Shown here: one piece after another, positions 24,639 to 38,763 of the stretch
Position numbering within the stretch: position 1 is the stretch's first letter
Layout of the letters: the number at the start of each line of letters is the position of its first letter
Assembly: GCA_964016885.1 (NCBI GenBank)
Contig: OZ024744.1
Location: forward strand, 86,366,001 to 86,430,000
DNA length: 64,000 nucleotides
Source of the DNA: Eledone cirrhosa
Taxonomy: Eukaryota
Direction of reading: 5' to 3'
Translations under genes and position numbers: made by a program
Notes under the pieces: generated by a model
Databases searched by the model: none
What the model saw: the letters and a program-made list of their open reading frames with translations, nothing else
Told to the model about the DNA's origin: nothing

Positions 24639-26420
24639 GGGTGGTAGGTTGACAGTATCGGTAGAGCGTCGGATAACATGCTGTATGGCATAGAGTTGCA
24701 CCCCTTTACCATCTGAATTCAAATCCCGCCGAGGTTAGCTTTGCCTTTTATCCTTACGGGGTCGATAAAATAAAGTACTAGTAATGCACTGGGGTCAATT
24801 TAATCGACTTTTCCCTTCCCCCCAAATTGCTGGCCTTGAGCCTATAGTAGAAATCATTATTGTAAAGGGGCGGTGGATTGGCAGTATCGGTAGAGGGTCG
24901 GACGCCATGCTTTCCAGCATAGTTACGTCCCTTTACGATCTGAGTTCAAATCCCGCCGAGGTTGACTTTGCCTTTCATCCTTACGGGGGTCGATAAAATA
25001 AAGTATCAGTAATGTACTGGGTAATTGCTGGCCTTGTGCCTAAAGTAGCAACAATTATTATTGATAATTATTACCAATTGATATTGTTGCTGTTAATATT
25101 ATTGTTGTTAGTAATTTGCGATAATTATTGCCAGAGAGCTGGGCTGGCAGTATCGGTAGAGCGTCGGACACCCTGCTTCGCCACATAGCGTTACATCCCT
25201 TTACGATATGAGTTAAAATACCGCTGAGGTTATCATTGACTTTCATACTTACGTAATGCGCTTGGGTCGATCTAATCGACTTTTTCCTTCCCCAAACTGT
25301 TGGCCTTGTGCCTATAATAAAAATTATTATTGCCACTTGATTCAACCCTTGATCTCGATCTATGATTTTCTTTTTAAATTAACATCAATGGCATAATGGC
25401 CATTATCTTTGTCATTCTCACTCCAAATCCGTAATAATTGTTTCTACTTTTGGCACAAGGCCATCAATTATCCCAATACATTACTGGTACTTTATTTTAT
25501 CGACCACGTAAGGATGAAAGGCAAAGTTAACCTCAACGGGTTTTGAACTCAGAACGTAAAGGGACGTAACTATGCTGGAAAGCATTGTGTCTGACCTTCC
25601 AGCGATAATTGTTTCTACTTTTGGCACAAGGCCATCAATTATCCCAGTGCATTACTGGTACTTTATTTTATCGACCCCGTAAGGATGAAAGGCAAAGTTA
25701 ATCTCGGCGGGATTTGAACTCAGACCATAAAGGGGCGTAATAATATCACCAAACCATCAATATTTCCGTGATTATCATTAAAAAATTGACGATCCTCATC
25801 AGTATGATCATTAACATCATCGACATCGACATCGTCATCGTCGCCTTCATTTTCATGGCCAACCATATTATCATTATCATTGACACAAAGGCAGTGGATT
25901 GGCAGAATCGGTAGAGCGCCGGACAACATGCTATTGCGGCATAGAGTTACAGTCCTTTACGTTCTGAGTTCAAATCCCGCCAAGGTTAACTCTGCCTTTC
26001 ATCCTTACAGGGTCGATAAAATAATGTACCAGTAATGTACTGGGGAAGTTTTAATTGACCCCCCCCCCCCTCCCCACCCAATTATTGGTCTTGTGCCTAT
26101 ACTAGAAATCATTATTATTGACACAAAGGCAGTGGCATGACGGTATCGGTAGAGCGTCGGACAACATGTTTCGTGACACAGAGTTACAGCCCTTTACGTT
26201 CTGAGTTCAAATCCCGCCGAAGTAAGCTTTGCCTTTCAAACATTACGGGGTTGATAAAATAAAGTACCAGTAATGCACTGGGGTCGATTTAATAGACATC
26301 CCCTACCCTTAAAATTGTTAGCTTGTGCCTCAATCAAGAATCTTTATTATTGACACTAAATAAAGTACCAGTAATGTACTGGGGTAATCGCTGGCCTTGT
26401 GCCAAACGTAGAAACAATAT
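24639..26420. mobile_element. Cluster of about 8 SINE family A copies (+,+,+,-,-,+,+, partial +)
   Basis: Copies at ~24639, 24870 and 25140 (+); 25433-25600 and 25605-25740 (-); 25893, 26130 and 26358 (+); separated by ATT/GTT-rich spacers. Confidence 0.85.
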
Positions 26421-26559
26421 TATTTTGTGTTGCTGTCTCACGTTGCGGTGTTTTCTTTATTGTTCTCCGTTTCCATGTGTGAGTGTGTGTGAGTGTGTGA
26501 ATGTGTTTGTGTGCGTGTGCCTGTATGTTTATGTGTGTGCGTGTGTGCGTGTGTGTGTG

Positions 26560-26603
26560 TGAGAGGGAGAGAGAGAGAGAGAATGTGTGAGTGAATATGT
26601 GCC

Positions 26604-26640
<37 letters not shown>

Positions 26641-26858
26641 GAGAATGTGTGAGTGAATATGTGCCTATATATGTGTGTGTGTGTTAGAGAGAGAGAGAGA
26701 GAGAATGTGTGAGTGAATATGTGCCTATATATGTGTGTGTGTGTTAGAGAGAGAGAGAGAATGTGTGAGTGAATATGTGCCTATATGTGTGTGTGTGTGT
26801 TAGAGAGAGAGAGAGAGAGAATGTGTGAATGAATATGTGCCTATATGTGTGTGTGTGT

Positions 26859-26893
<35 letters not shown>

Positions 26894-26975
26894 TGTGAGT
26901 GAATATGTGCCTATATGTGTGTGTGTGTGTTAGAGAGAGAGAGAGAGAGAGTGAATGTGTGAGTGAATATGTGCC
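26560..26975. repeat. Compound minisatellite, ~60-bp unit x7
   Basis: (GA)n-ATGTGTGAGTGAATATGTGCCTATA-(TG)n repeated seven times. Confidence 0.9.
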
Positions 26976-26979
26976 TATA

Positions 26980-27022
<43 letters not shown>

Positions 27023-27044
27023 ATGTGAGTGAGCGTTTCTCTGT

Positions 27045-27076
<32 letters not shown>

Positions 27077-27177
27077 ATGCGTGTGTAGTTGTGTACGTCT
27101 GTGTATAAGAGAGAGAGAAAGATAGATAAATAGATAGATAGATAGATAGGTAGGTAGAGAGATAAATAGATAGATAT

Positions 27178-27219
<42 letters not shown>

Positions 27220-27674
27220 TTCTTTATTAGCCACAGGGGCACAAAAGAAGGGGACAAATACAGAGGGGGAAGTTTACATACAATAAAACCGTGTAAAATG
27301 TTATCACAAATGGATAGATAGATAGATAGATAGATAGATAAAGAGAGGGAGAGAGAGAGATTGTGTGTGTGAGAGAGAAAGGGAGAGGGTTTGCATAGAA
27401 CATCAAGGGAATCTCCTATGGGGATTTGTATCCATTAGCACCGTCTTGTTAGATGAGCAGTGAACCTGTTGCAAACATTATCAATCAGCCATCTATGTGA
27501 ACGTTCTACCTTATTCCCCTTATTCTGCCAAATACAGGATACGCGATTTTCAGTAAAACTGCGGTAATGGCACGAATTCAATTTGTAATGTAGACAAAAC
27601 GTAAGAAACCATAAAAAAATATTCATTTATTGTATGATATATATAGAATGTTATGTTACATTGCATTCTGTCCT

Positions 27675-28190
27675 ATTATATTATATTATATTATATTATA
27701 TTATATTATATTATATTATATTATATTATATTATATTATATTATATTATATTATATTATATTACATTATATTATATTATATTATATTATATTACATTATA
27801 TTACATTATATTATATTATATTATATTTTATTATATTATATTATATTATATTATATTATATTACATTATATTATATTATATTATATTATATTACATTATA
27901 TTATATTATATTATATTTTATTATATTATATTATATTATATCACATTACATTATATTATATTATATTATATTATATTATATTATATTATATTATATTACA
28001 TTATATTATATTATATTACATTATATTATATTATATTATATTATATTATATTATATTATATTATATTATATTACATTATATTATATTTTATTATATTATA
28101 TTATATTACATTATATTATATTATATTATATTATATTATATTATATTTTATTATATTATATTATATATTTTATCATATTATATTATATTA
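27675..28190. repeat. (ATTAT)n pentanucleotide array
   Basis: Direct inspection; source of the YYIIL pseudo-ORFs. Confidence 0.95.
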
Positions 28191-28192
28191 TG

Positions 28193-28576
28193 TTGGTTTG
28201 GCAGTATCTGTAGAGGGTCGGACGCCATGCTTTGCAGCAAAGAGTTACGGCCCTTTATGGTCTGAGTTCAAATCCCGCCGAGGTTAACTTTGTCTTTCAT
28301 CCTTACGGGGGCGATAAAATAATGTACCAGTAATACACTGGCATAATTTCTGGCCTTGTGCCAAAAGTAGAAATAATTATATTATATTAAATTATATTAT
28401 GTTATATTATATATAGGTAGTAGTTTCGTAGTATCGGTAGAGGGTCGGACGCCATGCTTTGCAGCAAAGAGTTACGGCCCTTTATGGTCTGAGTTCAAAT
28501 CCCGCCGAGGTTAACTTTGCCTTTCATCCTTACGGGGGCGATAAAATAATGTACCAGTAATACACTGGGATAATTG
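28193..28576 (+). mobile_element. Two tandem SINE family A copies
   Basis: Near-identical copies at 28193 and 28425; the second is cut at ...GGGATAATTGC. Confidence 0.85.
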
Positions 28577-29645
28577 CGTTGCCTAGGTAGGTAAAATAAT
28601 ATCTGCTTTGATGAAAAGGTGTTGATCATAGCTACAGGCCATGCGGGGGAGGGTGGTGATGACTTCTATCACTGAGAAACGCGGGTGACTGATGAAGGGG
28701 CATGCTGGGGGAGGGAGGTAATGACCTCTAACACTAAGCCAAATTTCTCACGCTACTTGATTGGAAACCGATGAATTCTCAAATACACTAAAAGCTCAGA
28801 CGACGTCAGTGGCCATCGTTTTGCCTTTGACCATCTATAAGATGTGCAATGATAGGTTCTATCGTAGTATAAAAGTTGAACCAAATAAATTGATATATGT
28901 GTGAGGTAGAGCCGAAGTTTCGAATTTGAACGAAATCGGTTGAAATATCTGCGAGCTAATGATAGGTTCTATCGTAGTATAAAAGTTGAACCCAATAAAT
29001 TGATTTATGTGTGAGGTGGAGCTGAAGTTTCGAATTTGAACGAAATCGGTTGAAAAATGTGGGAGCTAGAGCACAAAATGCCGAAATTTGAGTGAAAAGT
29101 TGGTATTTTCGAATATTTAAGCAGCTACCACGCCATTCCTGAACAAAAATCCAAAATGTAAAGCCACTTTAAGACGTGAAATAATCAGATCTAGCGTAGT
29201 GTAAAATTTGAACAAAGTAGGTTGATTAATGGGGGAGCTAGAGCCGAAAAAGTGGAAATTTTAGTCTAAAAGTGGTACTTTTGAATATTTAAGCGGCTTC
29301 CACGCCGTCCCTGAACAACAAATGCAAAATATAAAGCTATTACAGGATGTGCTATGATAAATTCTATTTTGCTTTAAAATTTGAACGAAATCGGTGGCAA
29401 AATGTGGGAGCTAGAGCCCAAAATCTTATTTTTCGATACCTAAAAAAAGGTGACCCTCTTATCGATTTTTATCTGCAGAATGACCCCGAAATAAAAAAAA
29501 ATGATACCCTGATATGTACAAAACACCCCCCGATGACTAATCTATGAGCCTGTAAAGTTTCATGAAAATCGGTCGTAAGATGTAGGCCCCTATAGGTAAT
29601 ACACAGACACACTCACACACATACTTAATTTTATATATATACAGA
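28577..29645 (+). mobile_element. Non-autonomous Helentron/HINE-like element with internal tandem subrepeats
   Basis: 110-bp tandem duplication (28848-29068); four AATTTGAAC(G/A)AA...GAGCTA units; the end AAAGTTTCATGAAAATCGG...(CA)n...TATATATACAGAT resembles DINE/HINE-type termini (from recall). Confidence 0.5.
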
Positions 29646-30940
29646 TTGACTTTGCCTTTCATCCTTTCGGGGTCGATAAAATAAAGTACCAGTAATGCAC
29701 TCGGTAATTGTTGGCCTTGTGCCAAATGTAGAAACAATTATATTATATTATAATATACGGTGGATTGGCAGTATCGGTAGAGGTTCGGACACCATGCTTT
29801 GCAGTAAAGAGTTACAGCCCTTTATGGTCAAATCCCGCCGAGGTTAACTTTGCCTTTCATCCTTACGGGGTCGATAAAATAAAGTACCAGTATACACTGG
29901 GATAATTGCTGGCCTTGTGCCAAAAGTAGAAACAATTATTTTATATTATATTGTATTATATTATATTTGGCAGTATCGGTAGAGAGTCGGATACCATGCT
30001 TTGAAGCATAGAGTTACGTCCCTTTACGGTCTGAGTTCAAATCCCGCCGAGTTTAACTTTGCCTTTCATCCTTACGGGGGTCGATAAAATAAAGTACCAG
30101 TAAAACACTGGATAAGTGCTGGCCTTGTGCCAAAAGTAGAAACAATTATATTATATTATATTATATCATATTTGTTATATTATATCATGTTATATTATAT
30201 CATATTACATTATATTATATCTGAGTTCAAATCCTGCCGAGGTTGACTTTGCCTTTCATTCTTACGGGGTCGATAAAATAAAGAACCAGTAATGCACTGG
30301 GTAATTGCTGGCCTTGTGCCTAAAGTAGAAACAATTATATTATATATTACCTTATATTATACAACTTTATTTTATATTATATTTTATTGTGTAATATTAG
30401 TTATATATTTTGTTATTTTATATTATAATATTAATAGTTTCTCTATTTTTTTTTTTTTGCATTTTTTGTATTTGGTGATATTACTCTATTGCAGCTGTTT
30501 TTTTTTTTAATAGAGCATTTGTTTAAGCCCACCTGAAGCAGACCTTCTCGGTGAAACCTCCGATCACCCTTTCATTGATTTAGGGGGACATGGTGTATCT
30601 GGAATTAACTTATCCAATGTATTCTTGAGAAAAATTTGTCTTCTATTTCTAGAAGTTTCAGCAACCGTGTGTATGTATTTTCTTTAGTTCAATTATTTTT
30701 ATTATTAATATTTGTTAAAAGGGTGGTGAATTGGCAGAATTGGTAGAGCGTCGGACACCATGCTTTGCAGCAGAGAGTTTTGGCCCTTTATGGTCTGAGT
30801 TCAAATCCCGCCGAGGTTAACTTTGCCTTTCATCCTTACGGGGTCGATAAAATAAAGTACCAGTAGTACACTGGGATCGATTTAATCAACTTACCACTCC
30901 CTCCAAATTACTGGTCTTGTGCCTATACTAGAAATCATTA
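29645..30940 (+). mobile_element. Array of 5 same-strand SINE family A copies, mostly in (ATTAT)n spacers
   Basis: Copies at 29645 (5'-truncated), 29758, 29966, 30220 (5'-truncated) and 30722. Confidence 0.85.
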
Positions 30941-31852
30941 TGTGCCTATACTAGAAACTGCAGTAGTGAGACGAACAAACAAACCTGCTGTTTGGGGCAG
31001 CGTTAATTCATCATGGCGTTATGAAAACTATTAAGGGAAAGAAAGGCGTTTTTTGTTCTAGTAATATCTACCATATAAATTGTAATTTGATGCAGGCAAT
31101 TCCACCATTGATTAATGTAAACAGGAAAATAGCCTCCAGGGAGAGATACAACAAACAAGAAAATGACATGGGATGGTAAAATACATAGAAGGATTTCTTT
31201 CGAAGTGGAGGTAGAATGAACAAAAGATATTAAACAAAACTAATTAAGTAATTCCAAGGAATGGCTTCACAATTGTGACTACGTAATACAATAAACAATT
31301 AAACATTGAACTTAAAAATCCTTCGAACGAAAAGAAGGAAAACAGAAAGCAGAAGAGGTGAATACTAGAAAAGGCAGTAAATTTTATACTTACGCCTGTA
31401 AGGATAATAGGAAAGGCTTACCATCGGAGTGGTAAACATCAAAGAGAATGGTGAGAAATAAAAAAGTTAGCTGCGAAGAACGGCTCAAAGCCCTGTTGGC
31501 ACGTAACATAAAATTATAGTTATATGTTGAAGATAAGTAGGAAAGACTTGTGGAAGGGAAAAGTATATAAAACAGATAATAAATAAATATCTTAATATAT
31601 ACGTGTATGCGTCATTCTTTTGAAAAATTTCCCTTCACTAAATTTTACTCATAAAGAACATTTCAAACGAAAGCCCTTAATCACTCAACCATATCTGTGC
31701 TTATATATATGAGTATAGTGTTAAACGATGACTCAGACTATCATAACTGATAGTCCTCAGCGAAATATGTATAACAGAGTTTTAAATAAACCTGAATCAA
31801 CCGAATACAGCCTCCTATATTTTAATTATATATATATATATATATATCCTTC

Positions 31853-32035
<183 letters not shown>

Positions 32036-32179
32036 GAAGGAGGTGCGGTAAGGAACCAGATGGACCATAACGCACCAGAGTACTCAATACTTAGGATAGT
32101 AGAGTGTGTAGTAGAAAAAAGTTTAACCCGACGACCGGGGTTAAACTTTTTCCTATATATATATGTATTTTTATATATA

Positions 32180-32285
<106 letters not shown>

Positions 32286-32320
32286 TAATATATATATATA
32301 TATATGTATATAAATATATA

Positions 32321-32365
<45 letters not shown>

Positions 32366-32372
32366 TATATAA

Positions 32373-32410
<38 letters not shown>

Positions 32411-33019
32411 ACGTATACATACAACCATGCATACGTGTTTATGTGGGCTTACATACTTGCTTTGTGCCTATGTATGTGAGTGAGTGTGCTTGGTACAATT
32501 CATGAAATGTTTTTTTCATTCCAGTTTTTTTTTTTTTTTTACTAAGTGAATTTGATTTTGGTTTCGATTACAGAAAAAAAAACCTATGTAACAGCTGAGG
32601 TTATTTAATTGAAGGAAATCAAATCACTGAAGCCGTTATTTTAACGTCGCTACAGCCTCAGTATTCTGTTAATATGCTAAAGTGTTAGAGTAAAGATATC
32701 CACATGATATTTTTCTAAACAAAGCCTTCTATGCATTTCTAGATTGTACCTGGAAGAATATCGTCTATAGTTCAAATGGATGAATATGATAAACTAATAG
32801 ATATATTTTAATCTGATTTTATAACATGCATTTCACTGCCTACAAAGTAGACCGATCTCTCAATAATGAACTGTGTGGATATATTGTTGGAATATATAGG
32901 ACTCCAGTTTTGGTTTCAACTGTTTTCAAAGTTTCCTTTACTTAGTTTTCTGCATATGATTTAAGTTTTGTTTAGTTGGGAAATGAAGGCCAGAGATTCA
33001 TAAATATATTCCTCTAAAG

Positions 33020-33127
<108 letters not shown>

Positions 33128-33129
33128 CA

Positions 33130-34006
33130 GGTTAATATAAATTAATATATTTGATAAACACAAATACCAACATATTCATGTTTGTATTGTAAATGACCAA
33201 TTTAGCTAGATTGAAATATACTAATAATAATAATACATTTTGCCTGTCTCGATTTAAGATAATAAATTAATAAAAACAAATCATATTGGCAATGGCCGTA
33301 GTGCTTGGACAAATTTAAATTTCAAAATCAAACCTGTTCCGTGGACAGGTTTAAACGTTAAAATCCAAATATGTTTCGAATAATGAAAAAGTGAAAGAAT
33401 ACCGCATTTTGATCTCCTCAGCAAGCACTATAAAAATTGGTATGTTTCACTTCAAAATATTTAGAAAGACTGATTAACGCACATGGTATTTCACGCGGTT
33501 ATCCAGTGTCACATACTCGTGCTGCTAGAAATAACAGCCGTTTGTATGGGGCTAAATTCAGCTCAAAAAAGGAGCAGTGATACTATCAATAATAATGAGT
33601 TCAAAACTCAGGCAGTCTTTTACAATGAAATAGCTCAAAGAAAGAAGTATTTCTGAGCCGTGTAATACAAGTTAATATAAATTAATATAATTGATAAACA
33701 CAAATACCAACATATTCATGTTTGTATTGTAAATGACCAAGTTAGCTAGATTGAAATATACTAATAATAATAATACATTTTGCCTGTCTAGATTTAAGAT
33801 AATAAATCAATAAAAAAAAATCATATTGGCAATGGCCGTAGTGCTTGGACAAATTTAAATTTAAAAATCAAACCTGTTCCGTAGACAGGTTTATCAAATA
33901 TATTAATTTATATTAACTTGTATTACACAGCTCAGAAATACTTCTTTCTTTGAGCTATTTCATTGTAAAAGACTGCCTGAGTTTTGAACTCATTATTATT
34001 GATAGT
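33130..34006. repeat. Combined direct (222 bp) and inverted (~117 bp) duplication between (TA)n tracts
   Basis: 33130-33352 matches 33670-33892; 33581-33699 is the reverse complement of 33889-34006. Confidence 0.85.
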
Positions 34007-34018
34007 ATATATATATAT

Positions 34019-34100
<82 letters not shown>

Positions 34101-34251
34101 CACATATATATACATACACATATATATATATATACATATATATAAAATAAAGATTTCATATGATGTGCGATATCAGACTTTTCTGTTAGAATCGTCTAAC
34201 TTCGCGAGACCTAGGGTAATGGAATAATTATATTGTTGTTTATTACATAAT

Positions 34252-34287
<36 letters not shown>

Positions 34288-34306
34288 CACACATACACAC
34301 ACACGC

Positions 34307-34417
<111 letters not shown>

Positions 34418-34772
34418 GTTTAAAATGTTAATTCCTGAAAGGAAAATATATAAGACAAACGAATACTGTATATCTATATATGACTCTACATAGAAATATA
34501 ACACATCAGAAAGAGAAAGGGGGAAAGAAGAAGGGGAGAGGGGGAAGAGAGGTAAACTGGTATATATGGATATAGGTTGTCTGCACAGCTGCACATTTGT
34601 TTGTCTAAGTTCTATGACCTCCTAAATAATTATTTGTTTTGTGCCACCACTTTTTCCAGCTCTTAAACATCTACTCCATCTTGTAGATTTTTATATATGT
34701 ACTAGACCACCCATGACCCGTTGGGTCACATTCACTTAAAAAATAATTTAAAAATAATTAACATATACACAA

Positions 34773-34859
<87 letters not shown>

Positions 34860-34866
<7 letters not shown>

Positions 34867-35681
34867 GTAAGTTTGAAGAACAGTCAGATAAAATAAACCC
34901 AATTTTTCTTCTTCCCAGCCTGAAGAAATTAATTAGATAAATAATCATTTAAATGGAGCTAAGTTTAAAATATAACTTCGAAGAAATAACAGATAAATGA
35001 CACAGACTATCCCTCTCGAGGAACAGTCAGATAACATTTATCTCGTCTTTCTTCTTAGCCCGTAGAAATTAACTAGACAAATAATCAATTAAACGGAGCT
35101 AAATCTAAAATATAAATTAGAAGAAAAAATGTATATAAACTTTACCAAAATTCTTCTAGTCCCGACTATCGATAGTTTCGCTCGTATTTTGTGGATATGT
35201 CCAATCCTGGTATCATCCATGAGCTTCTCAAGAGACCCCTTAAGTTAGGACTAAAATTTCTAGTGATCGCCGCCAGAAATGAATTCAAAATGGGTAAGAA
35301 TTATCACTTGGCTAGTGGTCAAAGTAGAATGTTGTGAATTGTGGCCATGTGGCAGGTAGGTAGGCTGCTAGAAAGAGTAGTTAGATACCGCCTAAGGTTT
35401 ACTCTACCGAACGGGAGTATAGAATAAATTCATAGGGAAATATGTATATATTTAGACATAGTCACAGATACATATATGAGTGTGGCTACCTTTCACGGTG
35501 TGGCTCAATGAAAAACTTAATTAAGCAAATAATTATTAATTAGAGCTATATAAAATTGTAAGTTACATTTTCAACTTAGCTCCGTTTAAATGATTATTTA
35601 TCTAATTAATTTCTACGGGCTAGGGAGAAAAAAAATTGGGTATATTTTATCTGACTGTTCTTCAACCTTACAATTTTATAT
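34860..35681. repeat. Element with ~120-bp inverted termini and an extra internal direct copy
   Basis: 34860-34978 is the reverse complement of 35560-35681; 35020-35115 repeats the left arm. Confidence 0.7.
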
Positions 35682-35701
35682 AGCTCATGTATGCATCTGT
35701 G

Positions 35702-36454
35702 CTCATTCTTTCTTCTGATGAAAGACTAGCGTCCGAAGCGTTAAGACCCTCTTCCTGCTATATCAAGCGTTAACCTAATATATACTTTCCATATCCTGTA
35801 CCGATTGTGTTGTTATTTCTGTTTACCTTTTACATACATATATATATATATATCAACGCTTACGTGGACCTCTCAAAATTCGTTGGATTTTCTGATTGGA
35901 CTTTCACATCGGAACTGGATACCAATACGGAGTACACCTGAACTTCCATCAGGAAATCTTTCGTATCTTTGAAATGTTTGCTTCTTGTTTTTAAATATTC
36001 CACGACTCTCTACCATTTTTCCTCTACTACAATCTTCTTATACCACCCTCTTCTTCTCACCCGTCTATTTTTCACCCCAGCCTAGTATCTTCAATATACC
36101 CAATCTCAAATCTTTTCTCCGCCAGCTCCATTCTGCTCTCAAGCGCTTCCTCCAGACCCCTATATGCATCTAATCCTCCCTGCATCTCTCCAACCTCATC
36201 TTCACCAAAACACGATATAACAGTCACATCACATTTTTACATGAATGGACCTGTTATTTTTATCTAAAGACATTTTCTTCAATTCCATGCCGCCCGTCCC
36301 CTCAATCTATTTTATTTCTCATTCTTTCTTCTGATGAAGGACTAGCTTCCGAAACGTTAAGACCCTCTTCCTGCTATATCAAGCGTTAACCTACTATATC
36401 CTTCCATATACTGTACCGATTGTGTTGTTATTTCTGTTTACTTTTTACATACAT
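35702..36454 (+). mobile_element. Penelope-like pseudo-LTR pair (family C) flanking a possible ORF-start remnant
   Basis: ~140-bp direct repeats at 35702-35840 and 36318-36454, each with a hammerhead motif. The intervening LIFTKTRYNSHITFLHE resembles PLE N-termini (from recall). Confidence 0.65.
36327..36362 (+). ncRNA. Minimal hammerhead ribozyme motif (family C)
   Basis: UCUU-CUGAUGA-A-GGA-CUAGCU-UCC-GAAA-CG-UU-AAGA, with stem I UCUU/AAGA and palindromic AACGUU. Mutated sisters at 35711-35746 (+) and 60962-60997 (-). Confidence 0.6.
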
Positions 36455-36457
36455 ACC

Positions 36458-36494
<37 letters not shown>

Positions 36495-36497
<3 letters not shown>

Positions 36498-37030
36498 GGA
36501 AAAAAATGAATTTTCATTTCTCACTCTTAGTACAGCTGATACTTAAATATAAGTGTGTATACGTACATACATATATGTAAACAGACGTACAGTAGTATGT
36601 ATATATATACATACATGCACACATATATATATATGTACGTATGGGTTTACCGAACATTTATTATAATGCTCGGTTTGTTTGTAAACAAACAGCCCGAATT
36701 ATTAGCCGTACAGTGTTCGGCAACCATCCTTGACCTTTGTTCAACACTGACAAAGGAACGTTGAACTAGTGTCTAGCTTATTAGCTGTCATCAGCACCGT
36801 ATACCTTCCTAGAAACTAAGGAAATTATATACTTTCAAACGTTCAATCGACTGACAGGGAGGTATACGGTGCTGATGACAGCTAATAAGCTAGAAACTAG
36901 TTCATCGTTCCTTTGTCAGTGTTGAAAAAAGGTCAACGATGGTTGCCGAACACTGTACGGCTTAATTCGGGCTGTTTGTTTACAAACAAACCGTCTGTAT
37001 ACATATATGTATGTAAGTATACATACTTAT
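36495..37030. mobile_element. Family B repeat, two partial copies in inverted orientation
   Basis: Minus copy ~36495-36810 and plus copy ~36818-37030. Hammerheads at 36869-36905 (+, CUGAUGA...GAAA-CUAG-UU) and 36761-36797 (-, GAAA>GACA). Confidence 0.75.
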
Positions 37031-37438
37031 ATATATATAGTATAACTGAACAAAAAAGAAAAACGAACACAGACATATATATATATATGTGTTCAAATCG
37101 TAACGGACCAGAATCGCTAAGGTGAAAAAAATACTAACTACAGACAATAGGGTTTGCCAGACTTAATTTAAGAATAAATCAAGAAAAATATATACAAACC
37201 ATAATTGTGGTAACAACCGAACACCCGGACAGTTTTGAGAAAACTGTTTCGCAATATTATTTGTGAAAAGGATTACCAAAGTCCTAAGGTCATCAGCTGG
37301 TGAAGAAATTAGTATCCAGATCACTTCTAAATCTAATAAGAAACTGGATAGTGTGTGTATATGTAGCGCACATGGTTCCCTAACTTGTAATTTCATTCAA
37401 CAACACCATCAACTCCCTCACACACACACTCTCTCTCT

Positions 37439-37504
<66 letters not shown>

Positions 37505-37990
37505 ATTTTACTTCTCTGTCTCCTTCTCTCTCCCACGCTGTTTCTCTCTCAATCTACACTCTCACAACCACTATCTCTTTATCCCTCTCCTTCTCTCTCT
37601 CTATTTATGAAGGTACCCATAATACCCCATTACTCGGTGTCCCGTGCTCCGATTTACGCGAAACTACTTTTATTCCATTTATATTCCCGTTTCAGGGTCA
37701 ACATCCTTTCAAAGTATTTTCCCATTATGCGCCCTTTTGGATGTATTGCATTACAGGCAAGCAAGCCAGCAAGCAATCACAGAGTTATAGTAGTATATAG
37801 ATATATAGATATGTGTGTATATATATGTTAGTTGGTTTCGAAACAAATTTTGAAAGCATTGTGACTAATGTAGTAATTTTAATTGATTGGAAGGCCAAAC
37901 AGCGCTTTATAAAGAATTAAACGTAATGTTTTATTCATAAATATTTCAGTCTAAAAGACTCACCAGTGACGATTTGTTTTCCTTTACAGC

Positions 37991-38332
37991 AAAGCATATG
38001 GTTTAGTTGAAGTCATCCTCAAAGCTGTTACAAGTTGAAGGAACAGATATATGTTAGGGTATATTTTCTACTTCTTGTCCTAAGTACCGGCTAAATAATT
38101 CTGTAGTCACCAGTTTCATCAATAAAATCGAGAAGAAAAGGAGCTGGTAGATATTTCGCTTCGACAAATATTCCTTTGACTATTAATCGATGTTAAATAA
38201 TTTCTGTAATATATATGGTCTCTATCTTACGAAGTCTTAGGAGAGAAAAGCTGAAACATTCTCAAACTTCTATAATTATTTTCTTCCACTTCTAACAGCT
38301 TTGAGTATGACTTCAACTAAAACTTATGCTTT
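37991..38332. mobile_element. MITE-like element with ~50-bp imperfect TIRs
   Basis: AAAGCATATGGTTTAGTTGAAGTCATCCTCAAAGCTGTTA ... TAACAGCTTTGAGTATGACTTCAACTAAAACTTATGCTTT. Confidence 0.6.
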
Positions 38333-38437
38333 TTCAAACTTTGACCGATAAAGCAAAACAAATCTTATATTCACTTGAAACCTCACATATTGACCTTCCA
38401 ATGAATAAGAAGTTGTATATATATATATATATATATG

Positions 38438-38530
<93 letters not shown>

Positions 38531-38540
38531 TTTTTTTTTT

Positions 38541-38763
38541 ATTCACATGACCTCTACCGACCAATCAAAATTGTTTTGACCACAAGAATTTTTGCAAACA
38601 CCAAGTAGCGCTGGAGCCACTTTTTTAACATAAAAACAGTCTTGGCGCAAAATCAATTTTTTACATTCACATGACCTCTACCGACCAATCAAAATTGTTT
38701 TGACCACAAGAATTTTTGCAACACCAAAGTAACGCTGGAGCCACTTTTTTAACATAAAAACAG
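38541..38763. repeat. ~100-bp direct duplication (124-bp period)
   Basis: ATTCACATGACCTCTACCGACCAATC...AACATAAAAACAG at 38541 and 38665. Confidence 0.85.

Noticed and set aside
26560-26975. Regularly spaced repeats resembling a CRISPR array
   Set aside because: The spacers are (TG)n/(GA)n, the context is eukaryotic and there are no cas genes.
27630-28287. ~200-aa YYIIL ORFs in three frames
   Set aside because: (ATTAT)n microsatellite artefact.
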